From Candidatus Poribacteria bacterium (lineage in GTDB: Bacteria; Poribacteria; WGA-4E; WGA-3G): 64,000 nucleotides of DNA. The notes beneath the pieces are model-generated. The model did not search any database and had not been told where the DNA came from. It was given only the letters and a program-made list of their open reading frames with translations. The stretch spans positions 3,136,001 through 3,200,000 of the forward strand of contig CAXXLX010000001.1 in NCBI GenBank assembly GCA_963665235.2, read 5' to 3'. A program made the position numbers and the translations under genes. This document shows, piece after piece, positions 22,572-32,755 of the stretch (positions are counted from its first letter, which is position 1; every line of letters starts with the position of its first letter).

Positions 22572-23594
22572 CTAACGAATCCGATACCGCTCCACAGCGT
22601 CCATATCCAGACTGATACCCAGCCCCGGGGCATCTGATAGGTTTATAGCACCGTTTGAGAGGTCCATACTACCGCCAGATAGGTCATCAATGCGGATGTG
22701 TGGCAGTTCGTCAATCGGCATTGTGCAGTTCGGCACTGTACATACGAGATGCGCAGCGAAGGTCGACGCAACACATGAACCGAACGCGAAGAGCTGCACC
22801 CAAATCGGTATATCCGCAGCCTCGGCAACGGCTGCACTTTTGCGAAGGCCCGCGACATTCCCGAACGTATTCACCGCATCCACCGCATCGGCGCGGATGT
22901 TTTTCAAAACCTCTTGGGGTCCCCCGATATGCCGAGCGACTGGGACCTCTACCTTCTCCCGAAGCTGCCGATACCAGGACAAATCTTCAAACCGAATCGG
23001 GTCTTCATAAACCTCTATGTTATACGGCAGCAGCTCCTGTGCTAATCGGAGCCCCGTTTCCAAATCGCCAAACTCCGTATTCGGGTCAACGCGAATCTGA
23101 AAGTCTGGCCCGCATGCCTCCGTGATTAGGCGTGCCGTTTCAACGATATTCGCGCTGCGCGCCTTGAGTTTATGCACTCGAAACCCTAGGTCCGCTGCGC
23201 GTTCCGCCTCTGCTGCTGTTGCCTCTGGTGGCATCGGCGGCGACCAATAGGCAAGTTCAACACTATCCCTACATTTCGCGCCGATTAACTTATAAGCAGG
23301 TACACCGAGGGCCTGCCCTGCCAAATCATAAAAAGCGGACTGAAGCGCGAATCCCTCGGAAGCAAGGTCGATATCCCAAAGATTTCTGCCGACATACCTA
23401 TCCGCAATAGAATCCGCTTGGTCCGTAATATCGCCATGCGCCGCAGCACTTTCCCCTAAGCCTACTAGGCCTTCATCTGTGTGCACCCAAATTAAGGTTG
23501 TTGGATATTCCATGCCCGAGTGTTCCTGTATCGCAGGAATGAACGGGATAGAAACAGTACGGTATTCAATAGATGTAATTTTCATGGGTTGCAT
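22572..23594 (-). CDS. Mandelate racemase/muconate lactonizing enzyme family protein
   Basis: HTDEGLVGLGE, KLK, RVDPN, YEDP, PGLGI. Confidence 0.85.
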   Translation of the reverse strand: MQPMKITSIEYRTVSIPFIPAIQEHSGMEYPTTLIWVHTDEGLVGLGESAAAHGDITDQADSIADRYVGRNLWDIDLASEGFALQSAFYDLAGQALGVPAYKLIGAKCRDSVELAYWSPPMPPEATAAEAERAADLGFRVHKLKARSANIVETARLITEACGPDFQIRVDPNTEFGDLETGLRLAQELLPYNIEVYEDPIRFEDLSWYRQLREKVEVPVARHIGGPQEVLKNIRADAVDAVNTFGNVAGLRKSAAVAEAADIPIWVQLFAFGSCVASTFAAHLVCTVPNCTMPIDELPHIRIDDLSGGSMDLSNGAINLSDAPGLGISLDMDAVERYRIR

Positions 23595-23697
23595 CTCCTT
23601 GACATATTAGATATTGACAAGAGTCGTCTAACAATTTTCTACATTACAAATATTATAGCACAATGTCAACTTATTGCAATCGTTTTGCAATTTAAAC

Positions 23698-23727
23698 TTG
23701 ACGTACCCACAAAATTAATGCTATACT
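23698..23727 (+). promoter_or_regulatory. Promoter of the SIR2-APAZ/pAgo operon
   Basis: TTGACG 23698-23703, 18 bp, TGcTATACT (23722-23727). Confidence 0.6.
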
Positions 23728-23838
23728 CAATTTCAGTGGGACGAGCCTGTTAGTTGAAAACCCTTCGGGGCGGTATGTGTCCCGTAATATTCAGATTTGG
23801 CATTAGCATTTACCACAAAATCTTGAGAGGACAGCATT

Positions 23839-26601
23839 TTGGTATTTCAAACGGCAACTATTGGACGCTTACGTTCACTCTTTTCACAGGGCCCCGAGCC
23901 GATTTTCCTGCTGGGTGCTGGTGCTTCTGTTAAATCGGGTATTCCACTATCACATGATATGGTGGAAAAAATCGCTAGATGGGGGTACTGCCTTGATAAC
24001 GGCTTGGAGCCGAAAGACCCACGCCCACGGCGTAGCGACTGGTACCCGTGGTTGAGAAGGCAGAAGTGGTATCGAGAGGATTGGGAATTGGTGGCGCACT
24101 ACCCCGCAGCTGTAGAAAATACGCTTCGACCCCGTCAAACCCGAAAAGATTTCTTTCTGGACATCCTAAAGACACAGGTGGAACCGAGTAGCGGTTATAA
24201 GCATCTTGCGGAACTTATGGCGCGGGAACACGTTCGTACCGTGCTCACCACAAATTTTGATACAATTTTGCAAGATGTGTGCAAAGCAAACAAGCGGCCC
24301 CACCATATAGAGGTCATCCAGACAACGTCTGACTATACGAAATTATCAACGAGTCTGCCATACTCACAGCTCGTCTATCTGCACGGTTCCGTTGAACATT
24401 ACACCGACAAGAACACTGTTGCTGAAATAAACGAAGAACTGCACCCGGACCTTGTATCAAAGGTGCTGCCATTTTTAAGAGACCACCCGTTGATTGTCAT
24501 AGGTTATCGAGGGGCGGAACCTTCTATCATGAAGCATCTTCTTATTGATAATGCAGCGGCGGCAGAGGGATATCGACACGGCATCTATTGGTGCGCGCGA
24601 AATTATACAGAAGATTCTGACAGTCTCACTCCGTTCGTACATGAACTCGCCGGAGAGATTCAAGCAAACTTTCAGGTTGTCCCTATTGATGGATTTGATG
24701 AAGTAATGGAGGACTTATGGCATCACGTTCAACAGCACGTGCAGGATTATCATCAACCGCAAGTCCACACGGTTACAGAAGAATCGCCATCGCTTCCCCA
24801 TGATTTCAAGAAACTCACCGACGCTACGCTAGATGATTTTGATTGGCCCCCTATGAGAGTTCGACTATTGCAGTACTGCCAAACGACCGTATTACAAATA
24901 CCACCTGTAGGTGTTAGGAACGACGATTGGTTTACGCAACTATTGTGTAATCAACATCTCGCTTCACGGACAGAAGAGGGGAACATTTTCCCAACGGTGG
25001 GGGGGTACTTACTCTTTGCTGAAACCCCACAGCACCAAATCCAAACTGCTCAAGTCGTAGTACGTCTAAAGGGAGATGCAAAGTGGCTCAGAACTGTTTT
25101 CGATATCTCCGAGGGGGAGACAGAGCAGATAATCGTAGGGAACCTTTGGGCCCAACTTGAAGATATATATACCCTATTTTCCCGTGTCAACCGCGGGTTC
25201 GTCCTAAAAGGCGGGCGACACTCAAAAAATGTGTCCCCCTATCCGCCAGATGCTTTGAGAGAGATAGTTGTCAATGCACTTGTGCACCGTGACTACAAGA
25301 AAGATGCACCCATCCTGATTGAAATTGAGCAGACCTATATTCGTGTCCACAATCCAGGCGGATTGGTTCAAGATGTTGTAGACCAGATGAGAGGAACATC
25401 CCAAGAAGAGATAAAAAGCGTGTTTGAAACAAAAATCAAAGGTGGAAACAGCATCCAAGGTTACCGAAACCCGGTGGTAGCAGACCTGTTCTACGGGGCA
25501 GCGGAAATGGAGAAGGCAGGCTCTGGACTATCAAAGGTATGGCAGGCAAGCGAGGAGAACAACAATGAAGTGAGCTTTGGACCTGTGGATAACAACACCG
25601 CTTTTGAAATAACAATCTCCCGGCGCCCAGAAGTCGTTGACGATACTACGGGAACTGCCTATAGGGAGGATAATTTCGACCGCTACGCGAGCAATCTCCT
25701 TGAGGTCAGCAGCTTCCCTGAGGTCGTTTGGCACGCTGGCACCGACGCACGAAAAATAGGGGAGGTGTGGGACAAAACCGGTGCAGACTGGTTGCCACCG
25801 TTTATGCTCTATGCTGAAAGACTTTTCACTTTCGACATGCTTTCCACACCCGCCAATCCGCTCTATCCTATAATAGACGCTAACGATATAGCGAAGATGA
25901 CTGTTGACGAATTTATCGACGTTCACGGTGAACAACGTTTCGTCTGGCTCCTCAATACGTGTTTTTTCAGACATCTTGAGGCACAAGGACTATGGGTAGA
26001 CAAAACGCGAAAACGTGCATATTTTCCTAAAACCGATGAAAATGCTCGAGAGGTCACCTATCAGGCGCGTGTGCGCCGTGCCACCCGAAAAGTGGTGAAA
26101 AAGAGAAAAAATTATTGGGAGCATAAATCCTTTTGGTTTCGGTTTGAACGTTTCGGTGATTTTTGGGCACTTGTCCTACTTCCCAGTTATGTTTTCACTA
26201 CTGATGGAGAAGATGCACGTTTACCAAGGGATTTGGTTAACAAATTTTCCAATAGGCACCAAAGTCGCGACTATAACAATGTTGTCCACAATGACCTTGT
26301 GTTCTGGACACAAGTGCTTTCAGGTGGAAAACAGGGCACTTTTGCACTCAATACAGGGCAAGCTGACACGATTGCAGCAAACGAAATTCATCAACTCAGC
26401 AGACCCCAAATCCGGATTACAGCAAACCTGTCTGCAACCGAAGGGCTCGATTTCAAGGCTGATGCGCGGGGCATTGAACGCTCTGATAAGTTGGATACTA
26501 CCCAATTGGAGGCGGAATTCTCACAGGCTGTTTCACAATTGGCGGAGGAAGAAGATGTTAATTCAGATGGAACTTACCCATTTACCGCCTCCCGAAATTG
26601 A
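23839..26601 (+). CDS. SIR2 - RecG-C/HATPase_c_4-like (GHKL fold) - APAZ effector of a short pAgo system
   Basis: SIR2: LLGAGAS, TTNFD, YLHGS, VIGYRG. Middle: PTVGGYLLF, YPPDALREIVVNALVHRDY, NPGG, RNPVVADLF, EKAGSG. C-terminal APAZ-like: SNLL, RAYFP, YWEH, LPSYVFTTDG, YNN...FW. Overlaps the pAgo gene. Confidence 0.85.
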   Translation: MVFQTATIGRLRSLFSQGPEPIFLLGAGASVKSGIPLSHDMVEKIARWGYCLDNGLEPKDPRPRRSDWYPWLRRQKWYREDWELVAHYPAAVENTLRPRQTRKDFFLDILKTQVEPSSGYKHLAELMAREHVRTVLTTNFDTILQDVCKANKRPHHIEVIQTTSDYTKLSTSLPYSQLVYLHGSVEHYTDKNTVAEINEELHPDLVSKVLPFLRDHPLIVIGYRGAEPSIMKHLLIDNAAAAEGYRHGIYWCARNYTEDSDSLTPFVHELAGEIQANFQVVPIDGFDEVMEDLWHHVQQHVQDYHQPQVHTVTEESPSLPHDFKKLTDATLDDFDWPPMRVRLLQYCQTTVLQIPPVGVRNDDWFTQLLCNQHLASRTEEGNIFPTVGGYLLFAETPQHQIQTAQVVVRLKGDAKWLRTVFDISEGETEQIIVGNLWAQLEDIYTLFSRVNRGFVLKGGRHSKNVSPYPPDALREIVVNALVHRDYKKDAPILIEIEQTYIRVHNPGGLVQDVVDQMRGTSQEEIKSVFETKIKGGNSIQGYRNPVVADLFYGAAEMEKAGSGLSKVWQASEENNNEVSFGPVDNNTAFEITISRRPEVVDDTTGTAYREDNFDRYASNLLEVSSFPEVVWHAGTDARKIGEVWDKTGADWLPPFMLYAERLFTFDMLSTPANPLYPIIDANDIAKMTVDEFIDVHGEQRFVWLLNTCFFRHLEAQGLWVDKTRKRAYFPKTDENAREVTYQARVRRATRKVVKKRKNYWEHKSFWFRFERFGDFWALVLLPSYVFTTDGEDARLPRDLVNKFSNRHQSRDYNNVVHNDLVFWTQVLSGGKQGTFALNTGQADTIAANEIHQLSRPQIRITANLSATEGLDFKADARGIERSDKLDTTQLEAEFSQAVSQLAEEEDVNSDGTYPFTASRN

Positions 26602-28042
26602 ATTTGGTTCGCCGGTCATCTCTACCGATTTGAAAATCGGACTTACTGAAGCAGGCCCGTTCGACCTGCGTTTCGGGGCCGCTCACAAAAAAGAAATTCG
26701 CGTTGGGCTCGTCGGAAATGCCGAAATGCTAAAGCAGGCGCAGCAATGGCTTAAACGTTGTCAGGCGCACATCCCATCGGAATTGGACACTGAAGGCTCC
26801 ACACAACATAAGGCGTTTCCCGGATTTGAACCTATTTTCCGTGCCTCACTTGTAGTGAACGAGCAATGGACAGAACTAATTGGAGATAATGAGCTTGAGG
26901 CGGCACTCTCAAAAAATAATCCATCCCGTTTTGAGGCGGTGTTAGCACGTTATGCAAACGCAGCCGAGAAACTCGCTGATAACACCAATATCCCCCCCGA
27001 TGTTGTGATATGTTGTTTGCCTGACGAAGTCGTCCAAACCTGTTCGAGCATATCAAAATCCTTGACTCCACAGCAGCGGAAACTCATTAAGAGGCGACAA
27101 GCTGAACGTGAACAGGGACAACTCGTTTTATTTGACGACATAGAAGAGACAGAAACTGATCTGCTGAATCGGGATTTCAGACGTGCTTTAAAAGCCCGGA
27201 CCATGAAATTTGGTATGCCAATTCAGATTGGGACAAATCGTCTGTTTGAAGATCAGGACACTAATCAGGATGCTGCTACGCGAGCGTGGAACATGAGCGT
27301 GGCACTCTATTACAAAGCGGGCGGGATACCGTGGCGTTATAAAACAACAGGTCCAGAAACCTGCTTTGTCGGTATCAGTTTTCATCACCTGCGAACGCCA
27401 ACAAAACATATTGTCTACGCTAGCTTAGCACAAGCGTTTTCAAGTCGTGGCGAAGGGTTTGCACTTCGCGGAGAACCCATCCCTTGGAAGGAAAAACAGG
27501 GCAGAAATGTTCATCTAACTGCTGAACAAGCAACCAAACTTGCAGGTCAAGTCCTTCAAGAATACAGTGAACAGACAGGCGGAAATCCGAAGCGGGTTGT
27601 GCTTCATAAAACATCAAAATTTGATGACTCGGAACAGGAAGGCTTTAAACACGGTTTTCGCGATATTCCGATAGTTGAATTAATTAATATTATGCCGACA
27701 CACTTTCGGCTCTTGACATACGGCGCGTATCCACCGACAAGAGGAACTTTTTGTACGGTGAATAAGACAGCCACATATCTGTTCACCACAGGTTACATGC
27801 CTGAATGGCGAACATATCCCGGTCCCCACATCCCTGCCCCCGTCCGGCTTGTAAGCGATGATAATGTCGACATGCATCAGGTCGCTGCTGATATCCTAGG
27901 TCTTGCCCGGATGAATTGGAATACTGCAAGCATGAGCAGTGGTCATCCTGTGACGCTCTATTTTTCCCGTCGCGTTGGGGGTATTATGGCAGAAGTAGGA
28001 GAAAACGAACAGCCGCATCCCTCTTTCCGGTACTATATATAG
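26555..28042 (+). CDS. Short prokaryotic Argonaute (MID-PIWI, catalytically inactive)
   Basis: Start ATG 26555 after GGAGG; DFRRALKA, PIQI, AWN..VALYYKAGGIPW, CFVGISF, VVLHKTS, YPPTRGT, YPGPHIPAP, ILGLARMNWN, PVT, C-terminal FRYYI; no DEDX tetrad. Confidence 0.93.
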   Translation: MLIQMELTHLPPPEIEFGSPVISTDLKIGLTEAGPFDLRFGAAHKKEIRVGLVGNAEMLKQAQQWLKRCQAHIPSELDTEGSTQHKAFPGFEPIFRASLVVNEQWTELIGDNELEAALSKNNPSRFEAVLARYANAAEKLADNTNIPPDVVICCLPDEVVQTCSSISKSLTPQQRKLIKRRQAEREQGQLVLFDDIEETETDLLNRDFRRALKARTMKFGMPIQIGTNRLFEDQDTNQDAATRAWNMSVALYYKAGGIPWRYKTTGPETCFVGISFHHLRTPTKHIVYASLAQAFSSRGEGFALRGEPIPWKEKQGRNVHLTAEQATKLAGQVLQEYSEQTGGNPKRVVLHKTSKFDDSEQEGFKHGFRDIPIVELINIMPTHFRLLTYGAYPPTRGTFCTVNKTATYLFTTGYMPEWRTYPGPHIPAPVRLVSDDNVDMHQVAADILGLARMNWNTASMSSGHPVTLYFSRRVGGIMAEVGENEQPHPSFRYYI

Positions 28043-28130
28043 CGATTAGCAATTAGCACTTGGCGATTGGAAACCAGAGGTTGTGATTCTAAGAGGAACT
28101 CTGAAGCGCGTCAGAGGTTTCTCCTCGAGT
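28043..28130. repeat. Dispersed element with 7-bp repeats (GC(A/G)ATT(A/G)) and core GTTGTGATTCTAA-N7-TCTGAAGCGCGTCAGAG
   Basis: Related copies at about 46758-46860 (inverted), 54257-54505 (interrupted) and 57645-57766. Confidence 0.75.
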
Positions 28131-28134
28131 GTAC

Positions 28135-28245
28135 ACACCCTAAAATCCGTGTCCTCTGTGTTCTCCGCACTAATCCGCAATTCTGAACACGCGCCAAATC
28201 CACTCTTCCACTCTTCCATCCTTCCATTCTTCCATCCTTCCATCT
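28135..28245. repeat. Composite short-tandem-repeat element (9-bp CACGGA/CAGAGGA units plus 8-bp TCTTCCA units)
   Basis: Inverted related copies at 35884-36160. Confidence 0.7.
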
Positions 28246-28287
28246 ATCATTATGACAAAACTGTACACACCCCTGCACATTTTCTGC

Positions 28288-28316
28288 TTGACATATCTCT
28301 GAAAATTTTCTAAAAT
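28288..28316 (+). promoter_or_regulatory. Sigma70 promoter of the sulfatase operon
   Basis: TTGACA 28288-28293, 17 bp, TAAAAT 28311-28316. Confidence 0.65.
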
Positions 28317-28355
28317 AGATATAGTCAAACCGAAATAGAAAGGAAAAACAGAGAT

Positions 28356-29711
28356 ATGCCACAAAAACCTAATGTCATTGTCTTTTTCACGGACCAACAG
28401 CGATGGGACACTTCCGGCTTACACGGCAACCCACTTGATCTCACGCCTAACTTCGATCGGATGGCACAACGGGGCACCCACATACGTCGCTCCTTTACGT
28501 GTCAACCTGTCTGCGGGCCCGCACGTTCATGTCTCCAAACCGGATTATATGCCACAAGCACGGGCTGTTTTCGAAACGGTATCCCGTTATCACCTGAACT
28601 CAAAACGCTTGCACACCATTTCAGCGAGGCGAACTACGCCACCGGATACATCGGAAAGTGGCACCTCTATAGCGGAGGCACTGGCCCCGGTCCTGTGCCT
28701 GCTGAGCATCGCGGGGGATACGATTATTGGTTAGCCTCCAACGTACTGGAATTCACCTCCGATGCCTATCAGACAACACTCTACGATAACGATAATCAAC
28801 CTGTTGACCTGCCCGGCTATCGCGTGGATGCCTTAACCGATGCTGTGATTCGCTACGTCGATACGCATAAAAACGAACCCTTCTATCTATTCACGTCATA
28901 CATTGAACCGCATCACCAAAACCATTTGGACGATTATCCGCCGCCGGATGGGTATCGGGAGAGGTATACAGGGAAGTGGATACCCCCTGATCTTGCCGCC
29001 CTCGGCGGCTCGACACACCAGCACCTCGGTGGCTACTACGGTATGGTAAAAAGATTGGACGAAGCACTCGGTAGACTTTTAGACGCGCTGAAGAGCTTAC
29101 ATCTGCTTGATAACACTATCCTTCTTTTTACCTCCGACCACGGGTGTCATTTCAAAACGCGCAACAGTGAATACAAACGTTCATGTCATGAGAGCTCCAT
29201 CCGTGTTCCGACAGCGTTCCACGGACCTGGGTTTATCGGCGGGGGGCAGGTTCAGGAGCTTGTCAGCCTCGTCGATCTGCCGCCGACACTGCTTGATGCT
29301 GCAGGATTATCAGTACCCGCTGAAATGCAAGGACGTTCTATCCTGCCGCTGCTGCGTGATGAAACTGACGCGTGGCCGGAGGAGGTTTTCGTCCAAATTA
29401 GCGAGGCACAGGTAGGACGAGCTGTTCGCACCCAACGTTGGAAATACGGTGTAGATGCCCCGAAAAAAAGCGGGGGAAGAGACGCTGGCTCCGACCAGTA
29501 CGAGGAGCAATACCTTTACGACCTCCAAGCCGACCCCTACGAGTTACGGAATCTCATCGGGTTGCGTTCGCATGAAAATGTCGCTGCGGTCATGCGGGAA
29601 CGGCTCATTCAGCGGATGGTGGAAGCAGGCGAAGATGCACCGACAATCACGCCAGCCACACCACAAGGCAGTGGACAACGCAGCGTCTCCGATGCGGAAG
29701 CACGGAGCTAA
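28356..29711 (+). CDS. Sulfatase (Cys-type, formylglycine-dependent)
   Basis: PNVIVFFTDQQR, CGPAR (CxPxR), GKWHL, TSDHG. Confidence 0.93.
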   Translation: MPQKPNVIVFFTDQQRWDTSGLHGNPLDLTPNFDRMAQRGTHIRRSFTCQPVCGPARSCLQTGLYATSTGCFRNGIPLSPELKTLAHHFSEANYATGYIGKWHLYSGGTGPGPVPAEHRGGYDYWLASNVLEFTSDAYQTTLYDNDNQPVDLPGYRVDALTDAVIRYVDTHKNEPFYLFTSYIEPHHQNHLDDYPPPDGYRERYTGKWIPPDLAALGGSTHQHLGGYYGMVKRLDEALGRLLDALKSLHLLDNTILLFTSDHGCHFKTRNSEYKRSCHESSIRVPTAFHGPGFIGGGQVQELVSLVDLPPTLLDAAGLSVPAEMQGRSILPLLRDETDAWPEEVFVQISEAQVGRAVRTQRWKYGVDAPKKSGGRDAGSDQYEEQYLYDLQADPYELRNLIGLRSHENVAAVMRERLIQRMVEAGEDAPTITPATPQGSGQRSVSDAEARS

Positions 29712-29723
29712 TAAGGAGAAACA

Positions 29724-30869
29724 ATGAAAATTACAGACGTTAAAACCCTAGTGATGGGGACAAGTTGGCGCAACTTAACCTTCGTTAAAGTTGAAACCGA
29801 TGAAGGTTTGACAGGTATCAGCGAGGTGCGAATGAACAACCGGACGGATGCCCTCGTTGCGTATATTGATGGCGCGAAACGTCGACACATCATCGGCAGC
29901 GACCCGTTCAATACGGAAGACCTCTACCAACGCATGTTCCGAGATGACTACGGACGGGCCGGTGAAATCGTAGCGACCGGCATCAGCGTTGTGGAAATTG
30001 CATGTTGGGATATTATCGGTAAGGCATTGAACCAACCTGTCTATCGCTTGCTCGGTGGAAAGTGCCGAGATGAAATTAAGGCTTATGCAAACGGGTGGTA
30101 TCGTGTCGAACGAACCCCGGCGGAATTTCATGCCGCCGCCAAAAAGGTGCTCGAAAAAGGATATAAAGCACTCAAGTTCGACCCGTTCGGGGCAGGTTAT
30201 TATGAGCTCTCTTACGAGGAAAAGTTGAGATCTGTTTCACTTGTTGAAGCGGTGCGGGATTCTGTCGGGCCCGATGTGGAAATCCTCGTCGAAATGCACG
30301 GTAGGTTCAGTCCTTATACAGCGATAGAGATTGCCGCAGAATTGGAGAAATTTCAACCGAGCTGGGTGGAAGAGCCTGTACCCCCGGATAACATCGCAGC
30401 ACTTGCCAAGGCAGCCGATAAAATTAACCTGCCTGTCGCCACCGGCGAAAGACTTCACAACAAATATGAGTATCGCGAACTGATAAACCTACAGGCAGCC
30501 GATATTCTCCAACCCGATATTACACAAACAGGGGGTTTTTTGGAAACAAAGAAAATCGCCGCAATGGGGGATATGTGTTATATGACTGTGGCACCCCATA
30601 ACGTCGGCGGTACGGTTTCTACTGCAGCTGCTTTACATCTCGCTGCCTGCACAACCAACTTCAAAATCCAGGAGAATTTCAACGACTTTTCTGAAGCATG
30701 GGTTAAGGAGGCAGCGACAGGATGCCCCGAAGTCATCGATGGTTATTTCAGCTTGCCGAACGGGCCCGGGCTCGGCATGGAATTGAATGAAGACCTTATC
30801 GCTGAACATCCCTATCGTGAAGGGTCATTCAACCTTTGGGAAGACGATTGGCACAAACGGGAGTATTAG
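29724..30869 (+). CDS. Enolase-superfamily sugar-acid dehydratase (galactonate dehydratase-like)
   Basis: KVETDEG, WDIIGK, YANGW, KFDPF, EMHGR, WVEEP, TGERL, QPD, APHN. Confidence 0.88.
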   Translation: MKITDVKTLVMGTSWRNLTFVKVETDEGLTGISEVRMNNRTDALVAYIDGAKRRHIIGSDPFNTEDLYQRMFRDDYGRAGEIVATGISVVEIACWDIIGKALNQPVYRLLGGKCRDEIKAYANGWYRVERTPAEFHAAAKKVLEKGYKALKFDPFGAGYYELSYEEKLRSVSLVEAVRDSVGPDVEILVEMHGRFSPYTAIEIAAELEKFQPSWVEEPVPPDNIAALAKAADKINLPVATGERLHNKYEYRELINLQAADILQPDITQTGGFLETKKIAAMGDMCYMTVAPHNVGGTVSTAAALHLAACTTNFKIQENFNDFSEAWVKEAATGCPEVIDGYFSLPNGPGLGMELNEDLIAEHPYREGSFNLWEDDWHKREY

Positions 30870-30870
30870 A

Positions 30871-31284
30871 ATGAGACAGACAACGGAAATTGAACTTACA
30901 AATTTGGGAGACGTAGTTTTGGCAAACAGAGATATTATTACCCCCGAAGAGGTTCGCAGTGTGGTAGTTGAAGATGCCCTCGTTGATACGGGGGCAACAC
31001 GGTTATCTTTACCGAAACCGATCATTGAACAACTCGGTTTGACCCCCTTCGACACATTGAAAGCGAGAACCTCGAATGGCATCGTAGACCGGACCCTTTA
31101 TTCAGCAGTTCAATTCACTGTATTGGGTCGGACAGGTTCGCTGCCTGTAACGGACCTACCATCGGATGCCCCTGTACTTGTTGGACACATGGTTTTAGAA
31201 CAATTGGACCTCTGTTTAGATATCAGAAAAGGGCTCATCTATAACCCAGAGCACGACAACGAATGGATTGACGAGGCGTGGTAA
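30871..31284 (+). CDS. Clan AA (retropepsin-like) aspartic protease
   Basis: ALVDTGAT, VLVGHMVLEQLDL; likely start ATG 30871. Confidence 0.8.
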   Translation: MRQTTEIELTNLGDVVLANRDIITPEEVRSVVVEDALVDTGATRLSLPKPIIEQLGLTPFDTLKARTSNGIVDRTLYSAVQFTVLGRTGSLPVTDLPSDAPVLVGHMVLEQLDLCLDIRKGLIYNPEHDNEWIDEAW

Positions 31285-32529
<1,245 letters not shown>

Positions 32530-32593
32530 GTATGTGGGGGCATTGCACACGACAGGGTTGCCTGCTTCGCTAGAATCTGTAACACTCTACCTA

Positions 32594-32744
32594 ACGCGAG
32601 TTTGAAAAAAGTTTTGACCTAGAGCGTTCCCTGGTAGTTTTAGCAAAAAACAGCACAAACTAGGAAGTTTATGCTACAATTATTCCGCTTTTTTCGCGAT
32701 GAAAAAGGTTTAGAGCAAACGGATATTTATTATCAAGCTCACGT
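32594..32744. mobile_element. MITE, 151 bp, imperfect TIRs ACGCGAGTTTGA/TCAAGCTCACGT, flanked by TACCTA direct repeat
   Basis: Near-identical inverted copy at 59379-59530; carries a GTAG-REP hairpin at 32653-32677. Confidence 0.85.
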
Positions 32745-32755
32745 TACCTAAACTT

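Noticed and set aside
26144-26554. 632-aa long pAgo as given by the ORF track
   Set aside because: The extension overlaps the APAZ coding region and has no pAgo features; a good RBS supports ATG 26555
26555-28042. Catalytically active (slicer) Argonaute
   Set aside because: PIWI tetrad positions are substituted (GISF, HKTS) and there are no N/PAZ domains
28046-28397. Small ORFs with MEGWKNGR-type repeats (also 35697-36208)
   Set aside because: Translations of 8- and 9-bp tandem repeats
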